DNA of 64,000 bases, from the NCBI RefSeq assembly GCF_000372725.1, contig NW_005202237.1:124001-188000 (forward strand). Reading direction: 5' to 3'. The position numbers were made by a program, and so were the translations under genes. Positions within the stretch are counted from its first letter, which is position 1; each line of letters opens with the position of its first letter. Source of the DNA: Emiliania huxleyi CCMP1516. Its lineage: Eukaryota. Shown here piece after piece: positions 47,411 to 57,632 of this stretch. The notes below the pieces were generated by a model, which saw only the letters and a program-made list of their open reading frames with translations, ran no database searches and had not been told where the DNA came from.

Positions 47411-48063
47411 TCGTCTCAGTCTCACGTGAATTCGTCCCTGTCTCACTCTCAGCGTCTCAGCGGTGTCTCAATAGATCCATCCATCACTCCGTCTCACTTC
47501 CGTCTCACTTCCGTCTCTCCTTCCTGCCGTCTCAGCGGTGTCTCAATAGATCCATCACTCCGTCTCACTTCCGTCTCACTGCAGTCTCTTCCTGCCTTCT
47601 CGTCCGTCTCAAGCGCGACAGGCTCCCGAGAGTGCCCGAGAGCGCCCGAGAGCGCCCGAGCGAGAGTGCCCGAGAGTGCCCAGATTGCCCGAGAGTACCC
47701 GTGCAACGTCGTGATGTGGTCGGGGCAGTGGGAGGCGCCCGAGAATACCCGAGATTGCCCGAGGTTGCGTGCTTGGGCTCCTGCCACTGCCCCGAGGTGA
47801 CCACTGCACATCAGACCACATCAGTTCACGAGGGCGATCTCGGGTACTCTCGGGCGCCTGCCACACTGCCCCGACCACCTCATGAGGTTGCACGGGTTAT
47901 CTTGGGCAATCTCGGCACTCTCGGGAGCCTGCCGCGCTGAGACGGACGAGAAGGCAGTCAGAGACGGAAGTGAGACGGAAGTGAGACGGAGTGATGGATC
48001 TATTGAGACACCGCTGAGACGCTGAGAGTGAGACAGGGACGAATTCACGTGAGACTGAGACGA
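47411..48063. mobile_element. Foldback (long inverted-repeat) element built of GTCTCA and CCCGAGA subrepeats
   Basis: Left arm TCGTCTCAGTCTCACGTGAATTCGTCCC.. is the reverse complement of right arm ..GGGACGAATTCACGTGAGACTGAGACGA. Inner arms are also inverted. Confidence 0.85.
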
Positions 48064-48347
48064 CTCCCAAAAATTTCCGGTAGGTAGGAATATAGAGGGT
48101 CCGGGGAGAATATAAGCAAAAGAATATAGATAGTACTGGGCGAGAATAACGCGCACAAGCTAACCTAGCATGCCCCGTGATAGCACCATCACTGCCGCCG
48201 TCCTGCAAGAGCTCGTCGTCATAGCCGTATTGCATCACAGCCTAGATCACAGCCTGCTGAACTGCGTCGTGTACGACCCCTGCCGTCCTGTCCTGCGCCT
48301 CAGCGTCGGAAAAGTCGAACTCGGAGTCATACTCGGAAGCAGGCACA

Positions 48348-49148
48348 GGGTTCCGGCTCCTAGCCGGATAGGGGGTCTGTTGCCACTGACTCTCAAACAA
48401 ATAAATGAGATCAAGCTCTGGACGCCCCTCCTCAAGACCTCCTCGACGGGCGTTGGCAACCCCTCGAGTGGCGGCACGCCCGCCTCCGTCGGCCACTCCT
48501 ACGCCTTCGGCAACACCGAAGAGAAGGCCCGCCGCCTGAACATGGGCTGCAAGGCGCGCGGGCAGCCCAGCCAACCCTTCTCCCACAAGACCGGCCACGG
48601 CTACGTCAAGGCGCATCGCGGTTTCTACCACGACGCGATCTTTGTCAAGCGCAACAACTTCAAAACCTGCTGCTCCACGAGACGTTCGGCGGCGGCTTCT
48701 CGCCCACCGCCGTTCTCAAGCTGCGCCGCCTCGCGCGCAAAGTCGCGCGCGGCAGCGTTGACCGCACGGCCTACTCGCCCAAGTACTCGCTCTCTTTTAT
48801 GTCCCACCATGCAGAGCGCATCTCTCTCTCTGTTGTGCGAGGCGCCGAGGCGTGAACCGCGCCATTCGCTCTCACCTGGCAACCCTGTCTGCACGTCTCG
48901 CGCGCGCGTGAACAGGGCTCCAGGCCCCAAATTACGTGTGAGTGTTAGAGTTGTTTGGTATTGCTAAAAATCTCTCTGACTCTCTCTCTCTCTCTGACTC
49001 GCGCCAAAACGCCCTACCTACCTACCTATCCCCAGGCCGCGCAGCGAAGCGAAAAAAGATGAAAATAGGTGGTACGTACCTATTGCAGGGTTTCGGGCGA
49101 AACAAGACCAACCCGCAGGACCCCCATCCGGCTAGGAGCCGGAACCCC
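48348..49148. mobile_element. TIR-bounded element (~30-bp TIR GGGTTCCGGCTCCTAGCCGGAT(A)GGGGGTC) containing a retroelement 3' fragment
   Basis: Inverted match between 48348-48377 and ~49118-49148. A lone related end (GGAGCCGGAACCCTG) lies at ~14243-14257. Confidence 0.65.
48400..49000 (+). pseudogene. Frameshifted 3' fragment of an RLE-type (CRE/NeSL-like) non-LTR retrotransposon with (CT)n tail
   Basis: EIKLWTP..GYVKAHRG.YHDA, then in a shifted frame LLHETFGGGF..LRRLA..FMSHHAERISLSVVRG, resembling the C-terminus of restriction-like endonuclease ORFs. Ends TTGGTATTGCTAAAAA(TC)n. Confidence 0.55.
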
Positions 49149-49219
49149 AGACGGCCGCGGTGATTGGTGGTGGGGGAGCGCTCGTGGCTCCCGCTGGTGC
49201 CAGAAGGGAGTGAAGGGTC

Positions 49220-49744
49220 ATGGCTGTCGCTAGCGCTGTCTCCACCGCCGCGTTCGTCGTGAACATCCTGTTCATGATTGCATTGGTGCAGAGCGGGGGC
49301 GGGCTCTTCGCCGGCTGCAAGACGTTCGGCTTCTTCGACATCTCGGAGGATCAGTGCCAGTCAATCTTGTCGACGTTTCTCGGCTCCAAGCCGAGCGCGG
49401 CCGCGAAGGATCTGGTTTCGCTCGCGCTCGTCTTTCCGCGCGTCGAGGCGTGCCTGTTCCTCGGCATGGGCTTGGGCTCCATCTACGCCTTCATCATGGG
49501 TCTTGAGCGTGGCACGAAGGACGTGGCCGTGATCCACTTCATGCACATGATCTGGGCGATTGCCGTCTGCGCATGCCACTCGCAGAACGCAGGCCTCTTC
49601 GGCATGACCCCCGAGAGGAATGTGACGGGCGCAGACAAGCTCGTTCCCTTTGTTGTCCTGACGGGCGTCCAGGCTGTACTCTACACCGTGGCGTTCATTC
49701 TCTCCTCCAACTCTGGCGCGGCCAAGTCCAAGAAGAGGAATTAG
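49220..49744 (+). CDS. Small four-TM membrane protein of unknown function (174 aa)
   Basis: Clean ORF with host-like codon use, four hydrophobic segments and a basic C-terminus (KSKKRN). Confidence 0.75.
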   Translation: MAVASAVSTAAFVVNILFMIALVQSGGGLFAGCKTFGFFDISEDQCQSILSTFLGSKPSAAAKDLVSLALVFPRVEACLFLGMGLGSIYAFIMGLERGTKDVAVIHFMHMIWAIAVCACHSQNAGLFGMTPERNVTGADKLVPFVVLTGVQAVLYTVAFILSSNSGAAKSKKRN

Positions 49745-50328
49745 TATTAGATCGGCTGCGCTCGATGCGCGCGTGCGAAGCGTCGGCAGTGCAAACCGTC
49801 AGGTTATCACCCCGCAGTGCCGGACGTTCGACCGTTCGGTTGGACGGTCTTGGAGCCACCCACGCCAGCCACACGGCAGAGAGCGCCCAGGGACACGTTT
49901 TTTTGAGATCTTCTAGTAGAACGGTTCTTTCAGCGCAAGTTCTTGAGCTCCAAGGGGGGATAGAAGCGCCGCCCCGTACACCTCCTCACAGTCAACCCCG
50001 TCCTCTGACCCGCGCTAACCGCTCTGGGACTCTGACTCGTTCTGACGCCCATCGACTGGTGCACTCTGCACACACTGCACAGGCCACAGCTCGCGCGCAC
50101 ACGGCTTCCCGCCCCGCATGCGAGGCCACGTGTGCGCTCCGGCCGCTCACCATCCGCTGCCCACCGCCCCACCCCCACCAAGCTCATCCGACAAGATTGG
50201 TCACCGGCTGGGACATGCACATGCACAATGCCACAGAGGAAAGGCACCTTTCCGCGCCCGTCTCCCTTGCCACGCAGCTGCCGCCGCCGGGGTCGCAAGG
50301 GACAGCCGAGCCGCGGGCGCCCCGGGGC

Positions 50329-52197
50329 TCAGGAGCCGCGCATGCACTGCCAGACGACCGAGTTGCACTTAAAGCCCGAGCCAAACGCGATCTGCCACAC
50401 GCGGTCGCCGCGGCGCAGCTTGCGCGGCACCGCCGGCAGGTTGCCGTCGGGCCGGTGGGCTCCGCACTGGTTTCCATTCTCCGCGATGAGCTCGAGCTCG
50501 TACCAGATCGAGGCGGAGGAGACGTTGCCGTACCGGTAGAGCGAGAGGCGCGACGGCTCGAGGTAGTGCGACGGCAGCGCGAGGTTCTTCTCCATCGCGT
50601 CGATGACGGCGCGGCCTCCCGTGTGGACGCAGATCCACTCGAAGGCGGCGGTGAAGTCGGGGACGTACGGAGGCAGCGCCTTGAGGAGCGGGTCCTCGGG
50701 CTTCTCCGGCCTGGGCCGCGGCGGGCTCAGCTTGCCCGCCGCGCGGGCGGCCGGCTTTGGCGACGGCAGCGGCTGGTCGGCCGGGTCGGGCGTGAAGTTG
50801 ACCAGCGAGCGGAAGAGCGGCAGCGGGACGAGCGAGCGGGCGAGCGACTTGACGGGCTTGCCCGCCTTGCCGCGGGCGGCCGTCCGGGCGACCATGTTGA
50901 AGAAGAACTTGAGCTGCTCCTTGAGCGGCAGCACAAGCGGGCCGAGCGCCGTGATGTTGCGCTTGAGCGCGTCGCCCGCGATCTGCATGATCGCCTTGGA
51001 GAGGCGGACGCCGCGAATGCCGTCGGCGTCCTCCTCCTGGATGACCGAGTTGTAGGCGAGGTCGTCCTTGCCGACGTGGGTGCGCACCGTGTGCAGCAGC
51101 TTGAAGCGCGCCCGCCCCGCGTCCGACCCGCGGTTGGAGAGCAGGATGGCCGCGGCGCCGCAGCGGAAGAGCGTGTTTTGCAGCAGCATGCCGCGGTCGT
51201 TGCCGCGGTACCAGTTCTGGGTGATGTTCTCGGTGGAGACGACGAGCGCGAGCGAGCCCTTCTGCTCGTGCCCACGCAGCAGCCGGCGCGCGAGGTCGAT
51301 CGAGATGCCGCCCGCCGAGCAGCCCATGCCTCCGAGGTTGTAGGTGAGGCAGTCGGAGCGCATCTTGAAGTGGTTGACGAGCATGGCGGAGAGGGAGGGG
51401 GTGGGGCAGAAGAGGGAGCAGTTGACGATGACGATCCCGATGTCCTCCGCCGCCGTCCCCGTCGCCGCCAGCAGGTCCGCCACCGTCTTGCACATCATCG
51501 CCTCCGCCTCCTCGCGCGCGCCCTTCATCGAGAGGCCGAGCACCTCGGCGTCCTTGCCGAGGGGGTTCTGGCCACTCTTGGGGAGGATGGACTCGGGGAA
51601 GATGGACATCTCCGAGATGCCCGACGTCTTCATGATTTTCTCCTGGAACTCGATCGACTTCTCCGTGAAGCACGGCTCGCCGAACCGGTTGAGCGCGGCC
51701 CGCGACTCGGCCATAAAGCGCTCCTGCGACGCCGGCACGCCCGCCGTGGAGTCGCGGTCGCCGCCGTCGACGCCGCAGTGCCGGTACGTCTTGAAGTCGA
51801 TGAGGTAGATGGGCGCCGGCCGGCGCATCCACCGGACGGTCAGCAGCCACACGGAGAGGCACACCGCGACCGTCGCGCCCGCGAGGGAGCCGCGCGTCAG
51901 CGTCACAAAGTCGAGCAGCGCCTCGCCGACGCCGGCGAGATAGGCGAGGTAGTCGGCCTTGCAGGACTCGCACCACGCGAGGTAGAGCGTGTAGGCGCCG
52001 AGCAGCAGCATCGAGAAGCGCATCACATAGTCGGAGAGGTCGCTCGCGACAAAGCCGCGCACGATGTCAACCCGCTGCGTGATCCACTCGTGCGGGGCGC
52101 GGGCCCATTGAGACGCCTTCTCCAGCGGCTCCTCCGTCTCCGAGCCCGTGCGGAGCGGCGGCGGCGGGTTCTGGGAGAACTGACGGCGGAGGGACAT
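50329..52197 (-). CDS. KCS: FAE1/KCS-type 3-ketoacyl-CoA synthase (very-long-chain fatty-acid elongase), intronless
   Basis: Two N-terminal TMs, IYLIDF, IVNCSLFCPTPSLSAMLVNHFKMR, NLGGMGCSAG (Cys), VVSTENITQNWY.GNDRGML, ICVHTGGRAVID (His), YGNVSSASIWYEL (Asn), GDRVWQIAFGSGFKCNS. Confidence 0.97.
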   Translation of the reverse strand: MSLRRQFSQNPPPPLRTGSETEEPLEKASQWARAPHEWITQRVDIVRGFVASDLSDYVMRFSMLLLGAYTLYLAWCESCKADYLAYLAGVGEALLDFVTLTRGSLAGATVAVCLSVWLLTVRWMRRPAPIYLIDFKTYRHCGVDGGDRDSTAGVPASQERFMAESRAALNRFGEPCFTEKSIEFQEKIMKTSGISEMSIFPESILPKSGQNPLGKDAEVLGLSMKGAREEAEAMMCKTVADLLAATGTAAEDIGIVIVNCSLFCPTPSLSAMLVNHFKMRSDCLTYNLGGMGCSAGGISIDLARRLLRGHEQKGSLALVVSTENITQNWYRGNDRGMLLQNTLFRCGAAAILLSNRGSDAGRARFKLLHTVRTHVGKDDLAYNSVIQEEDADGIRGVRLSKAIMQIAGDALKRNITALGPLVLPLKEQLKFFFNMVARTAARGKAGKPVKSLARSLVPLPLFRSLVNFTPDPADQPLPSPKPAARAAGKLSPPRPRPEKPEDPLLKALPPYVPDFTAAFEWICVHTGGRAVIDAMEKNLALPSHYLEPSRLSLYRYGNVSSASIWYELELIAENGNQCGAHRPDGNLPAVPRKLRRGDRVWQIAFGSGFKCNSVVWQCMRGS

Positions 52198-52405
52198 GCG
52201 ATAGAGTCCGACCCCTCCTCCTTGGCAACGCCGACGACTGTCATCAAGTTGGAAAAAGAAATCATAGGCCCGCGGCTCGCGGCAAGGGGTATCGAGGTTT
52301 CGAGCAAGGCCCCTCGACCGTGTCTTGTTCTAGAGACGTGGAGACTGGAGTCGCGACCAGTCACCGACCAGCGACGAGGCACTTCCAGGGTTGGCGTTGC
52401 CGCCC

Positions 52406-52480
52406 CAGTCTCGCTCCCAATACGTGCATCACTTTTGTGACGCCGTCACAAAAGTGATGCACGTATTGGGAGCGAGACTG
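52406..52480. repeat. Perfect 75-bp palindrome (37-bp arms, 1-nt loop), MITE-like
   Basis: CAGTCTCGCTCCCAATACGTGCATCACTTTTGTGACG-C-CGTCACAAAAGTGATGCACGTATTGGGAGCGAGACTG. Confidence 0.95.
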
Positions 52481-52732
52481 CTCCCTTGCCCCACACCACT
52501 TCGACACTTCGTGTGTGAGTGTGGAGAAATTCACTTGGAGCACTTGGAGTGCAGTCGGCAACCTCACATCCAGGGCCGGTGAGCTGAGAAGCGCATCCAG
52601 CGGGCCGGATGATCGGTATCGGGTTACGGGCTAGAGAGCCCTAGCCCCGGGGGTGCGCATTCACCTCTTACTTTACTTACCTTGCCCAACCCTGTACTAC
52701 CGTACTGCCTGGTGGGGCGCCAGGGTGGGGCG

Positions 52733-53989
52733 TCACTCCTTCAGGGACAACGCTCGAGGGACAACGTCGCTTCTCGCCTCGCTCGCCGCTGGCGCTGCTC
52801 GCTCCCCGGGCGGCTCGCACGGCGATTCCGGCACGGAGCGCCGTCGCCCGCCTTTCAGACAGCCAGTCGCCGAGATCGTGCGGCGCACTCCTGCCGCCAG
52901 CCTCTCGGCGGTGGGGTGGAGGACCACCTCCGCCTTGATGTCGGCGCGGCGCGGAAAGAGCCAGTGCACGAGCAGCATGGTCACGCCGAGATACGCCAGC
53001 ACGTTGGAGCCGAGCTCGGGCCAGTTGGTTGGGTTGAGCTCCTCGACGACCAGCACGACGCCGTTCGGGCTGTACATGGTTGCCCGAAAGGCGCGCAGCG
53101 ACCGGTTCGCGGAGATGTCGCGGAGCCGCAGCTCGTCGGGGATGTAGGACTCTATCGAGGGGCTGTAGTCGGCGAGCGGGTCCGGGAGAGGCTGGTACCA
53201 CAAGCCGTCGGTGACGCGCAGGCTCGAGGCGACGGTGGACGTGTAGTTGTCGGTCTCGTGCGTGGTTGGCCAAATGAACGCGTGGTCCCAATTGTTGATG
53301 ACGTAGCGCGTGGCGGTGACAGCGACGGCGTGGTGCTCGTTCGCAGCGAGCAGGAGCGGCGAAAGAGAGAGTGGCACCGTGCTCTCGTCCCTTTGGAGGC
53401 AATAGAGGGCGGAATGCAGCACCGCGCCCTGCGCTGCGGCGCTGCCGTCGTCGGACACCTCGAGGAGAGCCCACAGCTCCAGCTGAGAATCCGATGCGTT
53501 CTCTCCGCCAAGCTGCGCCCGCTCCCCAGACATGTTTACGTTGTTGAACTGAACGCACTGCCGATCCTGCGCTGTCCGACCCATCACGTCGAAGTCGTCG
53601 TCAAGGGAGAAGGAGCAGTTGCGCCTCACACCTCCGTGCACAAAGTCGGCGCAGCCCGCTGTCAAGATTCTGGTTGGCGTCGCGTTTTTCCAGCAGAGGA
53701 GTGCGAGCGGGGCGTCAAACTCCTTCACAACAGGCGAGAAGTGAGTGCCTGGGTTCGTTCGCGCTAGGAAAGCATTCACCACCACCCAGCCAATGAGCGT
53801 CGCGAGGGCGGTTACAACGAGTGCAGTCCACACGCCGAGGCACACGTACCGCTGAGGAGCAATTTGAACGCCAAGCAGACTGAACACCTTGAGGTCAGTG
53901 CGATTGGATCGTGAGATGCCGGAGCGTTCGGGCTGAGGCTGTGGCGAAGCTTCGGATCCGTCGCGCTCACCCAGAGGTTGCTCACTCAT
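52733..53989 (-). CDS. Two-TM protein with large Cys-containing ectodomain (PAC/ENaC/P2X-like topology)
   Basis: TM1 VCLGVWTALVVTALATLIGWVVV, then NP..KEFDAPLALLC; several Cys and N-glycosylation sequons; VVEELNPTNWPELGSNVLAYLGVTMLLVHWLF as TM2. Confidence 0.6.
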   Translation of the reverse strand: MSEQPLGERDGSEASPQPQPERSGISRSNRTDLKVFSLLGVQIAPQRYVCLGVWTALVVTALATLIGWVVVNAFLARTNPGTHFSPVVKEFDAPLALLCWKNATPTRILTAGCADFVHGGVRRNCSFSLDDDFDVMGRTAQDRQCVQFNNVNMSGERAQLGGENASDSQLELWALLEVSDDGSAAAQGAVLHSALYCLQRDESTVPLSLSPLLLAANEHHAVAVTATRYVINNWDHAFIWPTTHETDNYTSTVASSLRVTDGLWYQPLPDPLADYSPSIESYIPDELRLRDISANRSLRAFRATMYSPNGVVLVVEELNPTNWPELGSNVLAYLGVTMLLVHWLFPRRADIKAEVVLHPTAERLAAGVRRTISATGCLKGGRRRSVPESPCEPPGERAAPAASEARSDVVPRALSLKE

Positions 53990-54316
53990 GTGGCCAGCCG
54001 CTGCAGCAAGCAGAGGGGTACAGTGGGGCATTAAGAACGCGGACTGGCCAGGACTGGGCATTAGAAAGCGTCCCAGAGAAACCCTGCCAAGCGATTTCCG
54101 CAAAAATCTAAGAAACCACGGCGCGCCGCAGGCGCGGCCCCGAGAAAAGGCCAGACGCGAGTGTGAACGGGAGGCCCAGCTCAAAATTTCTCTTCGCCTG
54201 CGGCGCGCGCACTTGTCACTTTCCAAGTCTCGGGCATCGGCTGGGTCGGCGCGCCTGGCGTGCTCCTCAACCTGTACAGCGCGCATAGTTACGGGTGGGG
54301 AGAGATGGTCCGCTTC

Positions 54317-54486
54317 GAAAAAGAAAGAAAGAAGACGGACCCAAGGGAGGGATGGGAGGACGGCACGCCGCCACCACACAGGGATTTTGAGGAGAGGAGT
54401 GTGGTGCTAGCCGTCGCCCACCCTCGGGCGTCTACCACTTCCTATCTCTCTTCGCAGTTTCTCGCCGATTCTCGCTGCAACCTTCA
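54317..54486 (-). mobile_element. Short interspersed element with (TTTC)n tail (copies also at 61095-61270 + and 24067-24122 +)
   Basis: Reverse-complement similarity over ~170 bp to 61095-61260; 31-bp core identical in all three copies. Confidence 0.8.
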
Positions 54487-54829
54487 TGGATCATGCCACC
54501 CCTCGCGGTCGTCCCCCTCTCGTCGCTCTCCCTCCTGTCGCTTCCTCCTCTGTCGCGTCGCTCTCGTCTGCCTCGTCCTGCGACGCCGCCACCGCCTGCC
54601 CCCGATCCTTGCTCTCGCGGCTGCTCCCGCCTTTCGGCGCAACTCTGCCCTCCTCGCGGCATATTTTGGCCCCTCGAGTTTATCGAGCTCTCCTCGCGCA
54701 AGGACGACTCTTCTGACGCCCACTGCGATCATTTGCCGCCAAGTCATATCGTTGCTCAGGTCGGCTTCGAATGGGCAAAATTCTTTTGTCGAACGAGGCA
54801 GACGGACACGCGCCACTTTTTCAGACCAC

Positions 54830-56565
54830 ATGGCGAAGAAGAAGCAGTCCAAGGCCTCCTGGCGGAAGCGCGGCGCGTCGATCGAGGAGGCACTCCGCGT
54901 CGCGCGCGAGGGCGCCGACCAGGACCGGCGGACCGGCGGCGCGCTGGGAAGCGTCAAGTCGGAGCGCCTCTTCTCGCTCGACACCAAGCCGGGCAAGGGC
55001 GGCCGCGAGCAGAAGCTGAGCCGGCGCGAGCGGCGTGAGGCGCAGCCGCCTCTGCACGTCGACACCGTCGTCGCTGGAAACCCGCACATCAAGCCCATCT
55101 CGGAGCCGCGGCCAAAGCCGGCCAAGAAGCGGCAGCGCGAGGCCGAGCCGGGCGCTGCCGCACCCGCGGCCGCTGCGCCTGCGCGCCCGGCGAAACGGAG
55201 CAAGGCGGGCAAGATCAAGGCGCCGAAGCCCGTCCCGGTCCTTCCCGCGCCGGGCCCCGCCGGCCAGCTGCCTCGCACCTCGCTCGGCGGCCTGAGCGAC
55301 GTCTGGGCGGAGGGCGGCTGCGCGGAGGGCGGCGCGGAGGGCGGGCCGTCGCTGCGCCGCCGGCCCGCGCGCGCGGGTCCCAGCTCGCTCCACGCGCCCG
55401 AGCCGACCGGCAAGGCGAGCGTGCCTCGCGTGCGCGTCCCGTCCGAAGGCGCCTCCTTCAACCCGCCGGCAGAGGCGCACGCGCCGCTGCTCGCCGCCGC
55501 AGTCGGGCACGAGCTCGAGCGGGAGAGGCGCGAGGAGCGGCCGGCGTGGCGGCTGGAGCGGGAGGCGATCGAGGCCGCGGCGCGGAGGGCGCTGGTCGAC
55601 CAGGCCTCTACGACGAGCTTGCCTCTCCGCGAGGGCTCGGGCGAGGGCGACGAGGGCAGCGGCGGAGAGGAGGAGGAGGAGGCGGGCGTGCCGATCGTGC
55701 GCCGCGCCGTGTCAGATCGCAAGAAGACGGCGGCACAGCTGAACCGCTCCCGCCGCGCGCGCGAGCGGGAGCAGGAGGCCGCTGCGGCGCGCGAGCAGCG
55801 CAAGCGCGAGGTGCAGCTGGGCCGGCTCGGCCCAATCCTGTCGCAGCTCTCCAAAGAGGAGCGGGGGAGGGAGAGGCGCCCCGAGGCGGCGGAGGAGCGC
55901 AAAAGCCCCCGGCCCAAGCGGTTGGGTGGCGGCCGGTCCGGCCCCCCCCCCCCCCCCTCCCCCTCCCTCTCACACTCCGCCCTCTCTCACACACACCGCC
56001 CTCTCTCCCACCGCCCTCTCCCACCGACGGCCGCGCTGTGCCCAGGCAAGCTCAAGTACGAGGAGCTTAATTAATTAATTAATTGATTAATCAATAGGCA
56101 AGCTCAAGTACGAGGAGCGGAGGCCGGAGGTGCTGCTGTCGGAGGAGCTCGGGTCGTCGCTGCGCGCCCTCCCGCGGCCGGCCGAGGTCGACTTGCTGGC
56201 GGACCGATTCGACTCGTTCAAGGCCGATTCCCCGAGAGACTGCCAGAGACTGCCCGAGAGACTGCCCGAGATTGCCCGAGATGGCTGGCGGACCGCTCGG
56301 CTCGTTCGCCTCGCTTGGCCGCGCCCGCTCCCCCCCCCCCCCCCCTCCCGCCCCTCCCCCGCGCTAGAAGAGCGCCCGCGGAGCGTGAGTCGAGGGCCGC
56401 GCTGCGCCGCAGGAGCGGAACCTCGTCGAGGTGCGCAAGCGCGCCGGCAAGCCGCGGCGCGCGAGGCGGCAGGAAGTGACCAAGGAGTCGCACAGGGACC
56501 GCAGGTACAACGCCGCCGGGCAGCCGCTCGGGTTCGACAAGTCGCCCGCGCCGGTCTGGGTGTAG
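54830..56565 (+). CDS. NOP53: Ribosome biogenesis protein NOP53 (GLTSCR2/PICT1), multi-exon
   Basis: KKQSKASWRK..LFSLD (AIM-like motif), GASFNPPAEAH..LL, KKTAAQLNR, KRLG|KLKYEE..VLLSEELGSSLRAL..LLADRFDSF..RNLVEVR. Confidence 0.9.
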
Positions 56566-57124
56566 CCGCGCCCGCCTCACTCTGTGCATGGTCACGCCGA
56601 CGCCGCCTTGTGCGCGCACCGAGTCGTGTGCCGTGTCCTTGCGTATCTGCAGCAGCCTCTGCTCTTTTTCTGGCCGCGTCGGAGATCCTCATATATGATG
56701 GCTATTCTGTGTGCCGTCACTATTTTTGTTACGGCTGTGATATTCATATCTATATTGATAATTTAATATACTTTAATATTTTATATTGCGCTTTTTGTCA
56801 GAGGAGACTTAAATAAATAAATTTATTTATTTAATTTATTTAAGTGACGTGCGGGGTCCGACACACATGTGCATGGACCATGGTGGATGGAGGATGGTGC
56901 ACGCGGCTCACGAGACATTTGAGAGTAAAATGAGCATGATCCATGAAAATGACAGAGCCTATCTCTCTCTCTCTCCACGCGGTGCCGTCTCGCGGATCCG
57001 CTTCTCTGGTTGGAGTCTAGACCAATGGACCCCTGCCACTGTGGCCGCGGCGCAGGCCAACAGACCACGTACCTATGGTATGGCCCCCCACATCCCATTA
57101 AGCCGGGGACCCATTACACTCGGG

Positions 57125-57607
57125 ATGCATTACGCAGATGAGCTGTATACCGCAAGCACTGGTCCCTGGACTAATTGGGCCCAAGCAGCTTTCAACCGGG
57201 GGTACCGGGGTGATTACACTGACCCAAATTCCGCTAACGGGACAATACGGCCTGATTGGCGCGACTACGCGGCAGAAAGAGCAGATTGGTCACGCGAGCA
57301 GCAAATCAGTAACTTTGGGCGCGTAGTGCAGACGTTCAGACAGGCGGTGGCACGGATCGTACGGCGGGCCAAGTGGCGCCGCATCATCAGGGGCCTAAGA
57401 CTGCGCGCAAGAGTTGGAGAAATACCAACATTTTTGGGGCCATCGGGAAGCGACATTTTTCGGGCCCCTAGTATGTGGCCCGTAACGAGAAACTTAAGGG
57501 ACGCAACTGAGGAACAAGGCCAAGCATGGAATAGTCGGATGGGGTTCCCGGCTGATGGGGTTGGGGTGGGTCGGCTTCGTGGGACAGGTACGCGGGGGTT
57601 CAACTAA
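57125..57607 (+). CDS. Orphan ORF in a low-GC island (ORF-A)
   Basis: Open frame with non-host base composition; motif FGRVVQTFRQAVARIVRRAKWRRII shared with downstream ORF-B. Start uncertain (frame open from 56849). Confidence 0.45.
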   Translation: MHYADELYTASTGPWTNWAQAAFNRGYRGDYTDPNSANGTIRPDWRDYAAERADWSREQQISNFGRVVQTFRQAVARIVRRAKWRRIIRGLRLRARVGEIPTFLGPSGSDIFRAPSMWPVTRNLRDATEEQGQAWNSRMGFPADGVGVGRLRGTGTRGFN

Positions 57608-57632
57608 AAAGAATATCTGAGGCTGAGATAGG

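Noticed and set aside
49220..53989. Lipid biosynthetic gene cluster around KCS
   Set aside because: Neighbours are not recognisable lipid enzymes; the ABHD, patatin-like and TLC genes are far apart and interspersed with housekeeping genes.
56809..56834. Perfect 26-bp AT palindrome as a replication origin or hairpin telomere
   Set aside because: Explained equally well by abutting (TAAA)n and (TTTA)n tails; no nonanucleotide origin motif or Rep gene seen.
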